From an uncultured virus (IMG/VR IMGVR_UViG_3300008117_000004) (lineage: Duplodnaviria > Heunggongvirae > Uroviricota > Caudoviricetes), in the IMG/VR virus record IMGVR_UViG_3300008117_000004, positions 62,001 through 126,000 of that record: DNA of 64,000 nt. One strand, 5' to 3'. A model generated the notes under the pieces. The model had not been told where the DNA came from. It worked only from the letters and a program-made list of their open reading frames with translations, and ran no database searches. The position numbers were made by a program, and so were the translations under genes. This document shows, one piece after another, positions 38,337-47,977 of the stretch (positions are counted from its first letter, which is position 1; each line of letters opens with the position of its first letter).

Positions 38337-38858
38337 TTACTTTTCATCTAATAATTTATTTATTTTTTCATCTCTATTTATAGTTTTAATAAAGTTTGAT
38401 ATCTCATATACATTACCATCCACTGATACAAAAGTTTGATTTAATCCAGGCAGTCGGTGTATTGAAAATAATTTAATTTTCTCTTTAGGGAAACCACCAT
38501 TATTGAAAGTAAGATTAGTAACGGTAAGTATCTTTTTTGTTTTTATATTCAATATTCTCTTAGATATTTCACTACTGAAAAAATCAATATCATCAACTAT
38601 AATATAATCTATTTTATTCTTAATTACCATTTCATCAATCATATCCATAATCATTAAATCTGATTGTAAATTGGATTTTATATTGGAAACTTTTAGGAAA
38701 AGATGTTTTAATTTTTCTACTTTGAATCGTGAATTAGTACCATCAATTTCTAAGAAAATTATATTACTGTTATATAAACATCCAACTATATCTCTTAGTA
38801 GAAAAGTTTTCCCTAAGGAATTACTTCCTATAATTAGGTTTATATCTTTATCAAACAT
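38337..38858 (-). CDS. Small, possibly degenerate P-loop NTPase (RecA-like)
   Basis: GSNSLGKT Walker A; YIIVDD Walker B; C-terminal RDEKINKLL. Confidence 0.55.
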   Translation of the reverse strand: MFDKDINLIIGSNSLGKTFLLRDIVGCLYNSNIIFLEIDGTNSRFKVEKLKHLFLKVSNIKSNLQSDLMIMDMIDEMVIKNKIDYIIVDDIDFFSSEISKRILNIKTKKILTVTNLTFNNGGFPKEKIKLFSIHRLPGLNQTFVSVDGNVYEISNFIKTINRDEKINKLLDEK

Positions 38859-38893
38859 ACTATTTTATTTATTATAATGACAAAAGTTTCTAA

Positions 38894-39751
38894 TTAAACT
38901 TCATTGTTTTTAATGGTGGATTTATTATCCATTGATATGAACTTCCATCCTTTATACTCTGTAATTATTCCGTATCTTAATCTTTTTAGATTATAAAAGG
39001 TTATTTCATATTTATCTGCCATATTTTTTAAACCACCTTTATGTATTATAATATTACCATTGTATTCAAAATAGTAAGTTATTAACTCTTCATGTCTTTT
39101 AGTTGTGTTGTATTTATGTTTATTTCTAAATTCAATGGATTGTGTGACTTCTTTTAATTTTTCAGAATTTCTAAGTGACTCAGATAATTTATTTTTATAT
39201 TCATCACTTCTTTTTATACCAGTTAATGCCTTTGATATTTTATCTCTATGTTCTAATGATTTTGGAACACCTATTAAGGATTTTTTTATACATTCCATAT
39301 GTCCATTGGTATTTTTTTTACCATATCTAGGATTTTTCTCACCAGTATTTATAATTCTATAATATTCTCTAGTCTCATCACTTTTTTTATTTTCAATAGC
39401 TTCCTTCCATTTTTCTGATTTTTTAAGTCCAATTTTAACCATATCCGATACGGAGGTTTTTAAATAGTCTTTTGTTAGGTTACATAAATTATCTAAGCCA
39501 ATTTCATCAATTTTTTCATATTCAATTCTATATGCTTCGAGTTCATCATCAGTTTCAAAAATTTTAGTATATTCAATTTTTTGATCTAATTTTAATATTT
39601 CATTTATTTTATTAAAAAGAGCTGAATTATTATTAGATTTGATTCCTTTTATTGCTCTTTGTTCATGAACATACATTCTATTCTTAGTACCCTTACCTAC
39701 ATAAAAAATTATATCATTGTGGCTTAGTGTATAAACATAATACTTTTTCAT
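38894..39751 (-). CDS. GIY-YIG-like/NUMOD3 homing endonuclease
   Basis: YYVYTL..FYVGKG..R..H; LCN; GEKNPRYGKK; HRDKISKAL. Confidence 0.8.
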   Translation of the reverse strand: MKKYYVYTLSHNDIIFYVGKGTKNRMYVHEQRAIKGIKSNNNSALFNKINEILKLDQKIEYTKIFETDDELEAYRIEYEKIDEIGLDNLCNLTKDYLKTSVSDMVKIGLKKSEKWKEAIENKKSDETREYYRIINTGEKNPRYGKKNTNGHMECIKKSLIGVPKSLEHRDKISKALTGIKRSDEYKNKLSESLRNSEKLKEVTQSIEFRNKHKYNTTKRHEELITYYFEYNGNIIIHKGGLKNMADKYEITFYNLKRLRYGIITEYKGWKFISMDNKSTIKNNEV

Positions 39752-39796
39752 AATTCTTAAAGTTATTTTAAGTATATATAAAAAGAATTGTTCATC

Positions 39797-40579
39797 CTAA
39801 GTAATTATCCATTTTTTTTGAATCCATATATTCCTAGTTCCAAATTTTTCTTTATAGCAAGTTTCCTTATTACCATAAAACTTTAGCCATTCATTTATTC
39901 GATTTTCACCAAATGGATTTTGCCAATCTTTTATCTCACCACCACCAAAACTATACGATTCTTCAAAACACCTAATAATCATATCAAAAAGATCTTCTAA
40001 TTCTTTATTATTTAATTGATTTATTGTACGACGAGGATTGTAATCCAATCGACCAATAATCTCAGCTAATAAATAAGCTCCTATTCCATTAAAGTATTTT
40101 TGATTTAATAATGATTCGCCAAGTTGTTTATCAAAAGCTTTACAACCAATATTATCTAAAACCAATTTCTTAAATTTATCCTTTTCTTTTAAAGGATCTG
40201 GACCTCTTTTAACACCACCAAAGCCACCTAATTTATATTTAGGTCCCATATACCCACCATAAAGTAGTAAAGACCAACCATCAGTTGTATCAAGACGCAT
40301 TCTAACAAATTTTGTTTCATTCCATTTATTAGTTGGTACAAACTTCCAATTTCCGGACATTCCCATAAAGACAGAAAAGGAAAAACATGTAACATCATGA
40401 TATAAATAAACTAATAATTCTTTACCATTTGAATTACTATTTACTTTAAAATCTGTAATAAAATTATCTTCTCTTGGTATATTACCTTTTTCTACGTGAA
40501 AAAACTTGTTGAATTTTTTATCAGAAACTTTATCATTTATAAATTCCGACATTATCTTAACTTCTACATATTCTGGCAT
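39797..40579 (-). CDS. Fpg/Nei-family DNA glycosylase (zincless)
   Basis: N-terminal MPE, GKEL, MGMSG, GPDPL, LLNQKYFNGIG H2TH; no C-terminal Cys4. Confidence 0.88.
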   Translation of the reverse strand: MPEYVEVKIMSEFINDKVSDKKFNKFFHVEKGNIPREDNFITDFKVNSNSNGKELLVYLYHDVTCFSFSVFMGMSGNWKFVPTNKWNETKFVRMRLDTTDGWSLLLYGGYMGPKYKLGGFGGVKRGPDPLKEKDKFKKLVLDNIGCKAFDKQLGESLLNQKYFNGIGAYLLAEIIGRLDYNPRRTINQLNNKELEDLFDMIIRCFEESYSFGGGEIKDWQNPFGENRINEWLKFYGNKETCYKEKFGTRNIWIQKKWIIT

Positions 40580-40601
40580 AATAGTTCTAATTTAAATTGT
40601 C

Positions 40602-40760
40602 TTAGAACCATTCTATAAAAAGGTCTTGAATAAGTTTGAAACCATTAGGTAATCTACCAATATAAATATCATAAGGTTCTTTTTTAAAATGAACCACTTT
40701 TATTTTATGTTCGTGTTTTGGTTCTGGCTTTTTAAAACTATTGAAAAAATCATCACTCAT
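40602..40760 (-). pseudogene. Truncated DUF4326-like gene (52 codons)
   Basis: Translated by hand: ...KVVHFKKEPYDIYIGRLPNGFK...; matches the VVHxKKEPYDVYIGR start of DUF4326, then diverges and stops. Confidence 0.5.
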
Positions 40761-41163
40761 GACTTAAAATATTTCTTATTATATCACATTCTTCTTCGGT
40801 TAAACCAATCCAACTTCTACATTTAATAACATTATCAACGTGTGGTTCTATATCAAATACTCTATCATCAATAACAACATAATTATCAACTTTATTTTTT
40901 GATAACCAATCTTTTATTTCTAATCCTCTGTCTTGTTGATCTATATGAGGTGTATAATCAAATATTTCTATATCAATTCCTTGACTAGTAAAAACATTTT
41001 GTAGTTCTTCTTTTGTATGATTTAATCTCCAGGTAGAAGTTATTACTGGTTTAAGATCAAACTCTTTACATAAACGATTATAACAAGCAATCGCCTTTTT
41101 ATCCCACTTCTTTTTCCAATGAGGATTTAGTACACCATCAATATCTGTAAAAATTACAATCAT
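40753..41163 (-). CDS. HAD domain protein (Swiss-Army-knife RNA repair type)
   Basis: FTDIDGVLN, ITSTWR, RGLEI, YVVIDD, GLT. Confidence 0.85.
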   Translation of the reverse strand: MIVIFTDIDGVLNPHWKKKWDKKAIACYNRLCKEFDLKPVITSTWRLNHTKEELQNVFTSQGIDIEIFDYTPHIDQQDRGLEIKDWLSKNKVDNYVVIDDRVFDIEPHVDNVIKCRSWIGLTEEECDIIRNILSHE

Positions 41164-41591
41164 TTTTTCTCTAAAATAAGAAATTCAAAATAACCACTTT
41201 GTCTAATTGACATAGAAAATACGTAACCCATTCTTTCAATAACTCCTTTAATATATTTTATTTTTTCTTGGAAAAGAAAGTATCTATCATCAGGTATTGA
41301 AAATCCAACTCTCGTATCAGTATAAGTAGTAGCAACTTCGGATTCAAAAAGTTCTTCAAATTGAATTAGATAAGCACACACTTGTTCATTCACACCTCTA
41401 TATTTAGAAAAATCCTTTTCTTTAATATCACCTAACCAGTCAAGTTGACCATTTGGTTTTGTATAAAAAAGTGTGTATTTGATATCGTAATTAAATCCAA
41501 TATCAGAAAACTCTGTTAAAATATATTTTAAGTTATCTTCATCATCAAAGATATCATCACTTAAATTTTCGTTAAATTTCTTTATTTTCAT
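41160..41591 (-). CDS. Hypothetical protein with MKIKKFNEN N-terminus
   Basis: ORF; LKYILTEFSDIGF resembles IKYILIDLIDLGY of neighbour. Confidence 0.6.
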   Translation of the reverse strand: MKIKKFNENLSDDIFDDEDNLKYILTEFSDIGFNYDIKYTLFYTKPNGQLDWLGDIKEKDFSKYRGVNEQVCAYLIQFEELFESEVATTYTDTRVGFSIPDDRYFLFQEKIKYIKGVIERMGYVFSMSIRQSGYFEFLILEKK

Positions 41592-42517
41592 GCTAATTTA
41601 AAATCAACTTTTATTTTATCTTCCAAACCGATCCAAATATCACGTTTTTTAAAAAATCCACTTTTGATACTTGTTTTATATTCATTAAATGATGATTCAT
41701 ATCCTAAGTTTATAAACTCAATCTTATCACCATTTTTATAATAATAGATTATAGCATTTCTGATATATTGTTGAGTTTTGATATCTTCTAATCTTTTATT
41801 CTTTAAACTCTCAAATTCAAATTTTATATTATACTTTAATTCAAGATTTTTAATAAAGTTCATAAGTGTTTTTTTTATTATATCAATAGACTCTTCTTCA
41901 TTTGAAACATAATCTAAATCCTTTTCCTTCTCTCTAGTTATTATATTTAATAATTCTTCCGACTTTGATTTTCGATCATTGAGATTTAATGAAATTTTAG
42001 AAAATCCATTTTCTGAGTTTGATAATTCCATAGAATAATCATCATCACTTACAAATGAGTTAATAAGTATTTCTTTTAAGTCATTTATATTGAATTTCAA
42101 TTTAGTATCATCCTTCTCAATAGGAAATTCAAATACATAAGTTATATCCCAACTACCACCACCAAACATATAATAAATATCACATTTATCATCAAAAGTA
42201 CTAATGATGTGATTAGTTGTATTAGTTAAAGAACTAAGTAATTTTGTATTTGTATATTTAGTTCTTTGAACATTTATATTACTCGGCGCCTTTAATTTTA
42301 AAATTAATCTTGGTTTAACCTCACTACTATTCTTATTTACTCTTAGTTTACCATCAGCTCCCATAAACGCTATATCATAGGATGTTGTATATCCTAAATC
42401 GATAAGATCTATTAAAATATATTTAATTTCCTCATCATCAGTTTCTAATACATTTAGATAATACTCTATATAATCAGAAACACTTTCAAATAATTTATAC
42501 TTTTTTATATACTTCAT
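41588..42517 (-). CDS. Hypothetical protein with MKYIKKYKLFES N-terminus
   Basis: ORF; TATATATTA motif just upstream. Confidence 0.6.
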   Translation of the reverse strand: MKYIKKYKLFESVSDYIEYYLNVLETDDEEIKYILIDLIDLGYTTSYDIAFMGADGKLRVNKNSSEVKPRLILKLKAPSNINVQRTKYTNTKLLSSLTNTTNHIISTFDDKCDIYYMFGGGSWDITYVFEFPIEKDDTKLKFNINDLKEILINSFVSDDDYSMELSNSENGFSKISLNLNDRKSKSEELLNIITREKEKDLDYVSNEEESIDIIKKTLMNFIKNLELKYNIKFEFESLKNKRLEDIKTQQYIRNAIIYYYKNGDKIEFINLGYESSFNEYKTSIKSGFFKKRDIWIGLEDKIKVDFKLA

Positions 42518-42533
42518 TTAGTATATATTAAAA

Positions 42534-43010
42534 TTATAAATCAAACCTTATACATTGATCAGTAATATATTTAGAGTGTTCTAATTGTAAGTGTGTTGCC
42601 AAACCAATTGTAATGTGTAGACCAAAATAAGGCTTAGGATCTAATCCCATAACAGTTCTTATATTATGAGCATCATCACAATAAGCTTTTAACCACCAGT
42701 GACCTTTTTTATTAGATCTTATATCAGATGGATCGTATTGTATTTTTATTTCTTTACCATGAAATAACTCTCTACTCATCATATACAATTCATCATCAAC
42801 AATATCATTGATAATTGTTAAGTGTGTTCCTCGAATTGGTTTATTTAATACTAAATTAAATCTTTTTTTTAAGAACCAAGAATAATAAGCATAGGTATCA
42901 TCATTATTTTGAAATCTAACCATAGCAACTTTTTTCCATGAGGATTGCTTATCGTGTTTTTTAGTCACGTTTACAGGATCAAATTCTATTTTACCAATTA
43001 TTTCAAACAT
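42534..43010 (-). CDS. 2H phosphoesterase-family protein
   Basis: Two HxT motifs (GTHLTII, GLHITIG) about 70 aa apart. Confidence 0.65.
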   Translation of the reverse strand: MFEIIGKIEFDPVNVTKKHDKQSSWKKVAMVRFQNNDDTYAYYSWFLKKRFNLVLNKPIRGTHLTIINDIVDDELYMMSRELFHGKEIKIQYDPSDIRSNKKGHWWLKAYCDDAHNIRTVMGLDPKPYFGLHITIGLATHLQLEHSKYITDQCIRFDL

Positions 43011-43102
43011 AATTACAAATATAATAAATTATTCCATTGTAAGCTTTGTTCTATATAAAGTAAATAAAGAAAATACTAAAGAACATAAATTCAAAGTCTT
43101 TG

Positions 43103-43492
43103 TCATGAAATTAATTTGAAAAAATAAGAGAGAAAAACGTCAATTAAAATACAAAAAGCAATATAACCTAAAAAGTAAAAAATTAATTTTTTATTGAATT
43201 TATCACTCAAAGCAAATTTCTTAAACTTAATCTTATCAAATTTAAATTTATTTACGAGGTTATCTAATTTCTGGTCTCTCTCACAACTTTTACATAATTT
43301 GAAGTTATTTGTGTTTGAAATATCTTCTATTGTATTCCTTTGATGTCCAGTTTCGGATTTACAGTTATAGCATTTAACACCAGTAGATAAATCATATAAA
43401 ATTGATTTACCTTTTTTAATCATATAAAAGTTATATGAAAAAATAGCCAAGACTCCAAGTAATTGGAATAAGCTTATTGTAATTGTTATCAT
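43103..43492 (-). CDS. Membrane protein with central CxxC..CxxC
   Basis: Two hydrophobic segments; CYNC/CKSC; RDQKLDNL. Confidence 0.55.
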   Translation of the reverse strand: MITITISLFQLLGVLAIFSYNFYMIKKGKSILYDLSTGVKCYNCKSETGHQRNTIEDISNTNNFKLCKSCERDQKLDNLVNKFKFDKIKFKKFALSDKFNKKLIFYFLGYIAFCILIDVFLSYFFKLIS

Positions 43493-43728
43493 AAAATTTT
43501 ATTTAATTTATTATCTCTTATTAGGTCTTTATTTAAATCTAATATTTCTTTATAATTCCATTCTCTTGATATCCAAAGACCTCCTTGGTATTCAACTCTT
43601 TTTTGATAATAAACAGAACATCTGGCACTATCATAATCGATATAAAGACCATTTCCTGGTGTTGTAACAGAAGTTAATATACCCTTACCAGCAGGAGTAT
43701 TTACTTCATCCCAAATAGTTAAACTCAT
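43489..43728 (-). CDS. Small hypothetical protein with C-terminal IRDNKLNKIL
   Basis: ORF coupled to downstream gene. Confidence 0.55.
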   Translation of the reverse strand: MSLTIWDEVNTPAGKGILTSVTTPGNGLYIDYDSARCSVYYQKRVEYQGGLWISREWNYKEILDLNKDLIRDNKLNKIL

Positions 43729-43783
43729 AATTTATAAATATACAAATATAATTTTAATATATAATCAAAAATAATTAAAAAAT

Positions 43784-43975
43784 ATGGAAGATAAAAACCT
43801 TAAAATGATTAAGAATGAAACTATTCCAGTAGAAGAAATGAATCTTTTAAGAGAAAAATTCATCAATGAATACTCAAGAAAAAGAGGTTGGAATTCAAAG
43901 GAATTAACATCTACTCAAATGTTAGAGATCGTTTCTCAAGCAGGATACAAATCACCTGGTATCATTCTAGGATAA
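43784..43975 (+). CDS. Small hypothetical protein
   Basis: 63-aa ORF between TAATATATA motif and terminator. Confidence 0.55.
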   Translation: MEDKNLKMIKNETIPVEEMNLLREKFINEYSRKRGWNSKELTSTQMLEIVSQAGYKSPGIILG

Positions 43976-44005
43976 AAAAAACCTCAGTTTAACTGAGGTT
44001 TTTTT
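43974..44005. terminator. Bidirectional intrinsic terminator
   Basis: AAAAAAACCTCAGTT-TT-AACTGAGGTTTTTTT. Confidence 0.75.
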
Positions 44006-44006
44006 A

Positions 44007-45191
44007 TTAATACATATCTTCAAAATCAAATCCATAATCATCTTCTTCTACTAACTGAATAGTTTCAGATATTGCTTCCATAGGAACTGTTTTTAGTTCT
44101 GGTAAGTGTTCAATTAAATCACTTCTACTACCAACATACTCAATTCTACCTGATGCTGACTCAGAGTAAAGTGAGTGACCATTCCAAATAATCTCTACAA
44201 AATCAAATGAGTCAATTTGATTTGATAACCAACTATGAATCATTTTCTTTTCTAACTCAATTTGTTTTTTGTGTAAATAAACTTTCTTTTCAGAACCGTT
44301 TAAATAAACGTGAGTAAAAAAATCAGTACTCCAATTAGGATTAGAAGAAACATATTTTTTGGACTTATGAGAAGAATATGAAGATCCACCTCCATATCCA
44401 ACGCCTCCGCCTCCCCAAAAGCCCCAACCATCATCATCATTCCAACCATCATCGTAGTTGTTTTGATCTCTTTCAATTGGTAAAGTCTCCCAGTCAATTT
44501 CACAAACTGTTTTACATAATCTTTTTAAGTATTCAATATCTTGACGTTCTCTTGTGGTATGTTCATCATAATAACCAACAGAAATATTAGTACACTCTGG
44601 AATTAAGTCCATAAACTTAGCCGAGTCTGTTAAGATACCAGTACTATCTGGTCTCATATTCATCGAGTTGTTTGTAACATTCATTCGTTTTGCTAATTCA
44701 ACAGCGAATGTTTCAGAACAACATCTACCAAACATTTGATAAGTAATAATTGAAGTTGTACCACGTCTATCAAAACTAACACACTTGTTGATATGTTTTG
44801 AAAACTCAGTATTTTTCCACTCTCTTGCTAATCTACCTGAACCAATACAACCAACTTCTTCACCAATAAAGAAGTAGTAAAGACCTGGAACTCCTTTTGA
44901 TATCATATAGGAAATAACAGTCATACCAGCTTTATCATCAGCACCTAAGATAGAAGTACCATCTGTACCAATCATATTACCATTAAATACGTGATTTACC
45001 TTTTTCTGAGCTTTATCAGCTGTATCTAAGTGGCATGTAAACATAGTTGTTGGTTTATCACCAATAACTAAATAGTAGTTTCCTAAACCGTCTTCTTGAT
45101 ATCCCTTTGGTAGATTGTTTAATAAACCTAACTCGGTTCCGTGTGGGTAAGTAAACCTTGTTAGTTGTAAAAACTTTTTAGTAATTCTCAT
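44007..45191 (-). CDS. M28/M20-family zinc metallopeptidase with C-terminal extension
   Basis: CHLDT, GADDKAG, GEEVG, FDRRG, TDS, NISVGYYDEHT. Confidence 0.88.
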   Translation of the reverse strand: MRITKKFLQLTRFTYPHGTELGLLNNLPKGYQEDGLGNYYLVIGDKPTTMFTCHLDTADKAQKKVNHVFNGNMIGTDGTSILGADDKAGMTVISYMISKGVPGLYYFFIGEEVGCIGSGRLAREWKNTEFSKHINKCVSFDRRGTTSIITYQMFGRCCSETFAVELAKRMNVTNNSMNMRPDSTGILTDSAKFMDLIPECTNISVGYYDEHTTRERQDIEYLKRLCKTVCEIDWETLPIERDQNNYDDGWNDDDGWGFWGGGGVGYGGGSSYSSHKSKKYVSSNPNWSTDFFTHVYLNGSEKKVYLHKKQIELEKKMIHSWLSNQIDSFDFVEIIWNGHSLYSESASGRIEYVGSRSDLIEHLPELKTVPMEAISETIQLVEEDDYGFDFEDMY

Positions 45192-45224
45192 TTTATTGAA
45201 GATATATTATTGTTTAATTATATA

Positions 45225-45256
45225 CAAATATACGTATTTTATTTTATTTAGACAAA
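45225..45256 (-). promoter_or_regulatory. Bacteroidota-type sigma70 promoter
   Basis: Minus strand TTTG-N20-TATATTTG upstream of the peptidase gene. Confidence 0.55.
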
Positions 45257-45267
45257 TTCTAAATAAC

Positions 45268-45825
45268 TTATTTTTCATCATCAAATAATGAATCAATTTT
45301 CTTATCTCTTATGTAAGCACCTTTCAATTTGTCTAATTCGGTTGTCCATCCATTGATATTATCTTTAATGAATTTAGATTGTAAATTTCTATTGGCATTG
45401 AAACTTGTAGGTGTTGTGATATTTGGATCAAGATTATATTTTATTTCAACATGAAAATCATTTACATCATCAGTTGATTTGTAGTGATATTCTTTAGCAA
45501 TTATAATGAATTTATAATCTAATTTTTCTATGACTTTTAAGAAGTTTGTTACTTGGTGACTTTTATATTGATAAAGATCAATTACAATTAAGTTAACTCG
45601 AAATAGATTTGACTTATCGTTTACTAACTCTTCAAACTCTTCAAAGTTGTTAAATAATATACAACTATGTAGTCCGTATATAAGACCACAACTTTTCTCT
45701 TTGTTAGGTGCGAAAAGTACATAATTATAATTATCAACTTCAAGGAAGTTAACAACTTCTAAGAGTACACTGGAAATATGATTAGGTGTCCCAGTAAAGA
45801 AATTATACTTTTTTAAAAAAATCAT
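45268..45825 (-). CDS. Hypothetical protein with C-terminal IRDKKIDSLF
   Basis: ORF; LIVID could be a Walker B remnant. Confidence 0.55.
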   Translation of the reverse strand: MIFLKKYNFFTGTPNHISSVLLEVVNFLEVDNYNYVLFAPNKEKSCGLIYGLHSCILFNNFEEFEELVNDKSNLFRVNLIVIDLYQYKSHQVTNFLKVIEKLDYKFIIIAKEYHYKSTDDVNDFHVEIKYNLDPNITTPTSFNANRNLQSKFIKDNINGWTTELDKLKGAYIRDKKIDSLFDDEK

Positions 45826-46207
45826 TTATATTTAAACATTCTTTATTAACATCAACAATAAAGTTGAACTTTTGTAGAAATCTTCTTCCTATTAACATAG
45901 GATATTGCATATTATCACGATTGTTTAGTGAAACATATAATTTATATGGAGTATTTCCTAAAATAACACTTGTGGGAATTGCATAACGTTCTTGTTCATG
46001 ACCAAATGAACTTTTAACATTTATTGTTTTGAATTTTTCATAGACGAAGTTTTTATCGCCTATTCTAAAATGTAATTTACCTTCTAATTCCTCTATCTCG
46101 TCACAATGTAAGACATTACTGTAAGCACCTGTGTCGATTTTAGCAGGTACATTAACCAATCCAAGATCCACAAAATGAAATAATTCTCTCCAACCAACTA
46201 TATTCAT
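45803..46207 (-). CDS. Retropepsin-like aspartic protease (RimK-associated family)
   Basis: VGWRE, AKIDTGAYS, VKSSFG, R..MQYPMLIGRRFL. Confidence 0.88.
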   Translation of the reverse strand: MNIVGWRELFHFVDLGLVNVPAKIDTGAYSNVLHCDEIEELEGKLHFRIGDKNFVYEKFKTINVKSSFGHEQERYAIPTSVILGNTPYKLYVSLNNRDNMQYPMLIGRRFLQKFNFIVDVNKECLNINDFFKKV

Positions 46208-46271
46208 AAATATTATACTTTATATTAAACAAAGATACTAAAATTTTCTATAAAAAGAAAAAAAATTATAT

Positions 46272-47030
46272 ATGAATTCATATAGTTTTAGCTGTATAAT
46301 TTTATACAGACACAATATACAGAGATGGAACAATCTAAAAAGAATACTGGAGTGGATAACTGGATTTTCTAATGTAGAATTAATAATAGTTGAACAAGAT
46401 ACACATTCTAAAATTGGTCATTTAAACTTTCCAGGAAAACATATCTTTACAAAATCAAAAATGCCATTCAACCGTTCTTGGGGATTTAATGTTGGTTTAA
46501 AACACGTTAATTCAAAAGTTACGGTTTTTACAGACTGTGATTTGATAATGAACCCTGAACTATTTATAAGTGGTTTGAAATCATTAGAACAGTTTGAGAT
46601 GGTTAGTCCTTATAATTCTGTTGTTGATTTAAACCCACAAGAAAGTGGATTTCAATTAGAAGAGATGTTAAAAATTGATAGACCAGGTAGGGGTGAAAAT
46701 GATATTCAAAAAATCAACATCTCCGGAGGTATAACTATGTTTAGAACGGATGCTATTAAAAAAATCGCAGGGTGGAACGAAGACTTTATTTCTTGGGGAG
46801 GTGAAGATGACTTTCAAACTGTTAAGGTGGAGAACTTTTTAACGTGGTATGAACAACCGGGAAGATGTTACCATCTTTATCACGATAAAGAAAAAATTGA
46901 CATGAAGTGGTATCAGAGAAATTTACAATTGTTATCGAAATTGAAGTCATTAACAAGAGAAGAATTGAGTAAACAAATCATGACTAGTTCTCCAAAAATT
47001 GGAATGAAAAATAAATATGATAATTTTTAA
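46272..47030 (+). CDS. GT-A glycosyltransferase (GT2/GT7 galactosyltransferase-like)
   Basis: VEQD, FNRSWGFNVG, DCD (DxD), GWNEDFISWGGEDD, HLYH. Confidence 0.88.
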   Translation: MNSYSFSCIILYRHNIQRWNNLKRILEWITGFSNVELIIVEQDTHSKIGHLNFPGKHIFTKSKMPFNRSWGFNVGLKHVNSKVTVFTDCDLIMNPELFISGLKSLEQFEMVSPYNSVVDLNPQESGFQLEEMLKIDRPGRGENDIQKINISGGITMFRTDAIKKIAGWNEDFISWGGEDDFQTVKVENFLTWYEQPGRCYHLYHDKEKIDMKWYQRNLQLLSKLKSLTREELSKQIMTSSPKIGMKNKYDNF

Positions 47031-47944
47031 ATATTATTTAATAAAATATCTTCAATTTTATTAAAATCTTTATATGAAATTCTTAAAAGATGAATATTTT
47101 TAGATTTACAATATTCATCTTTTATTTTATCACATTCTATTGTGTATTTTAACTTATCCATTCCACCTTGAAATCCCAGTGGTTTGAAGTGTTGTATACC
47201 ATCATATTCGATTAAAATATTTTTATCTGATAACCAAAAGTCAAATGATAATTTTTTATTTTTTATACAATCATCAAATTTTTTCTGTGTTTCGTATGTT
47301 ATATTATTTTTTATTAGAAATCTCTCTATTCTATTCTCACCTCTAGATTGATTACATTTTGGACAACCCTTACCATCTAAGTGATTTGATGGCATTTGTT
47401 TAAATGATCCATGTTTTGGGCAAATTATTTCCACTGGTGTTTTAGCATTTATATAATTTAACTTCGAATAATCATATAGAACACCATGTGTATTATTCGC
47501 TTTGCTAGGGAAAAATTGTGAGTATTTTTTAATGTTAGTATTTTTAGTTTTTTGTATTTTACATCTAGGACATCCTTGTCCTCTAAGATGTTTATTTGGG
47601 GTTTGGTCAAAATATCCATGTATAGGACAAGATATATGAACTTTCGTACCATCATTAATATATTCTACTTGATCATAATTGTAGAAGTTATTATGAACTT
47701 TATTTGATTGATCAATGAATTTGGACAAACTTTTACTGAATGATTTTTTATTTTTATCAATTGCACATTTTTTACAACCCTTACCAATTAAATGATTATA
47801 TGGTAATTGTTCAAAATATCCATGTATAGGACATCCAATTAGTATCTTCGTTTTCGCGTTTATGTAATTTACTCTATCATAATTATAAAAATTGTTATGC
47901 ACATCATTTGCCTTTTTTATAAAGTTGTAAAACTTATCATCCAT
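47027..47944 (-). CDS. Zn-ribbon-repeat plus PD-(D/E)XK homing endonuclease-like protein
   Basis: CPIHG x2, CPKHG; FDFWL..IEYDGIQH. Confidence 0.85.
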   Translation of the reverse strand: MDDKFYNFIKKANDVHNNFYNYDRVNYINAKTKILIGCPIHGYFEQLPYNHLIGKGCKKCAIDKNKKSFSKSLSKFIDQSNKVHNNFYNYDQVEYINDGTKVHISCPIHGYFDQTPNKHLRGQGCPRCKIQKTKNTNIKKYSQFFPSKANNTHGVLYDYSKLNYINAKTPVEIICPKHGSFKQMPSNHLDGKGCPKCNQSRGENRIERFLIKNNITYETQKKFDDCIKNKKLSFDFWLSDKNILIEYDGIQHFKPLGFQGGMDKLKYTIECDKIKDEYCKSKNIHLLRISYKDFNKIEDILLNNI

Positions 47945-47977
47945 AAAGTTATATATTAAAAAAATAAGACAATAAAT

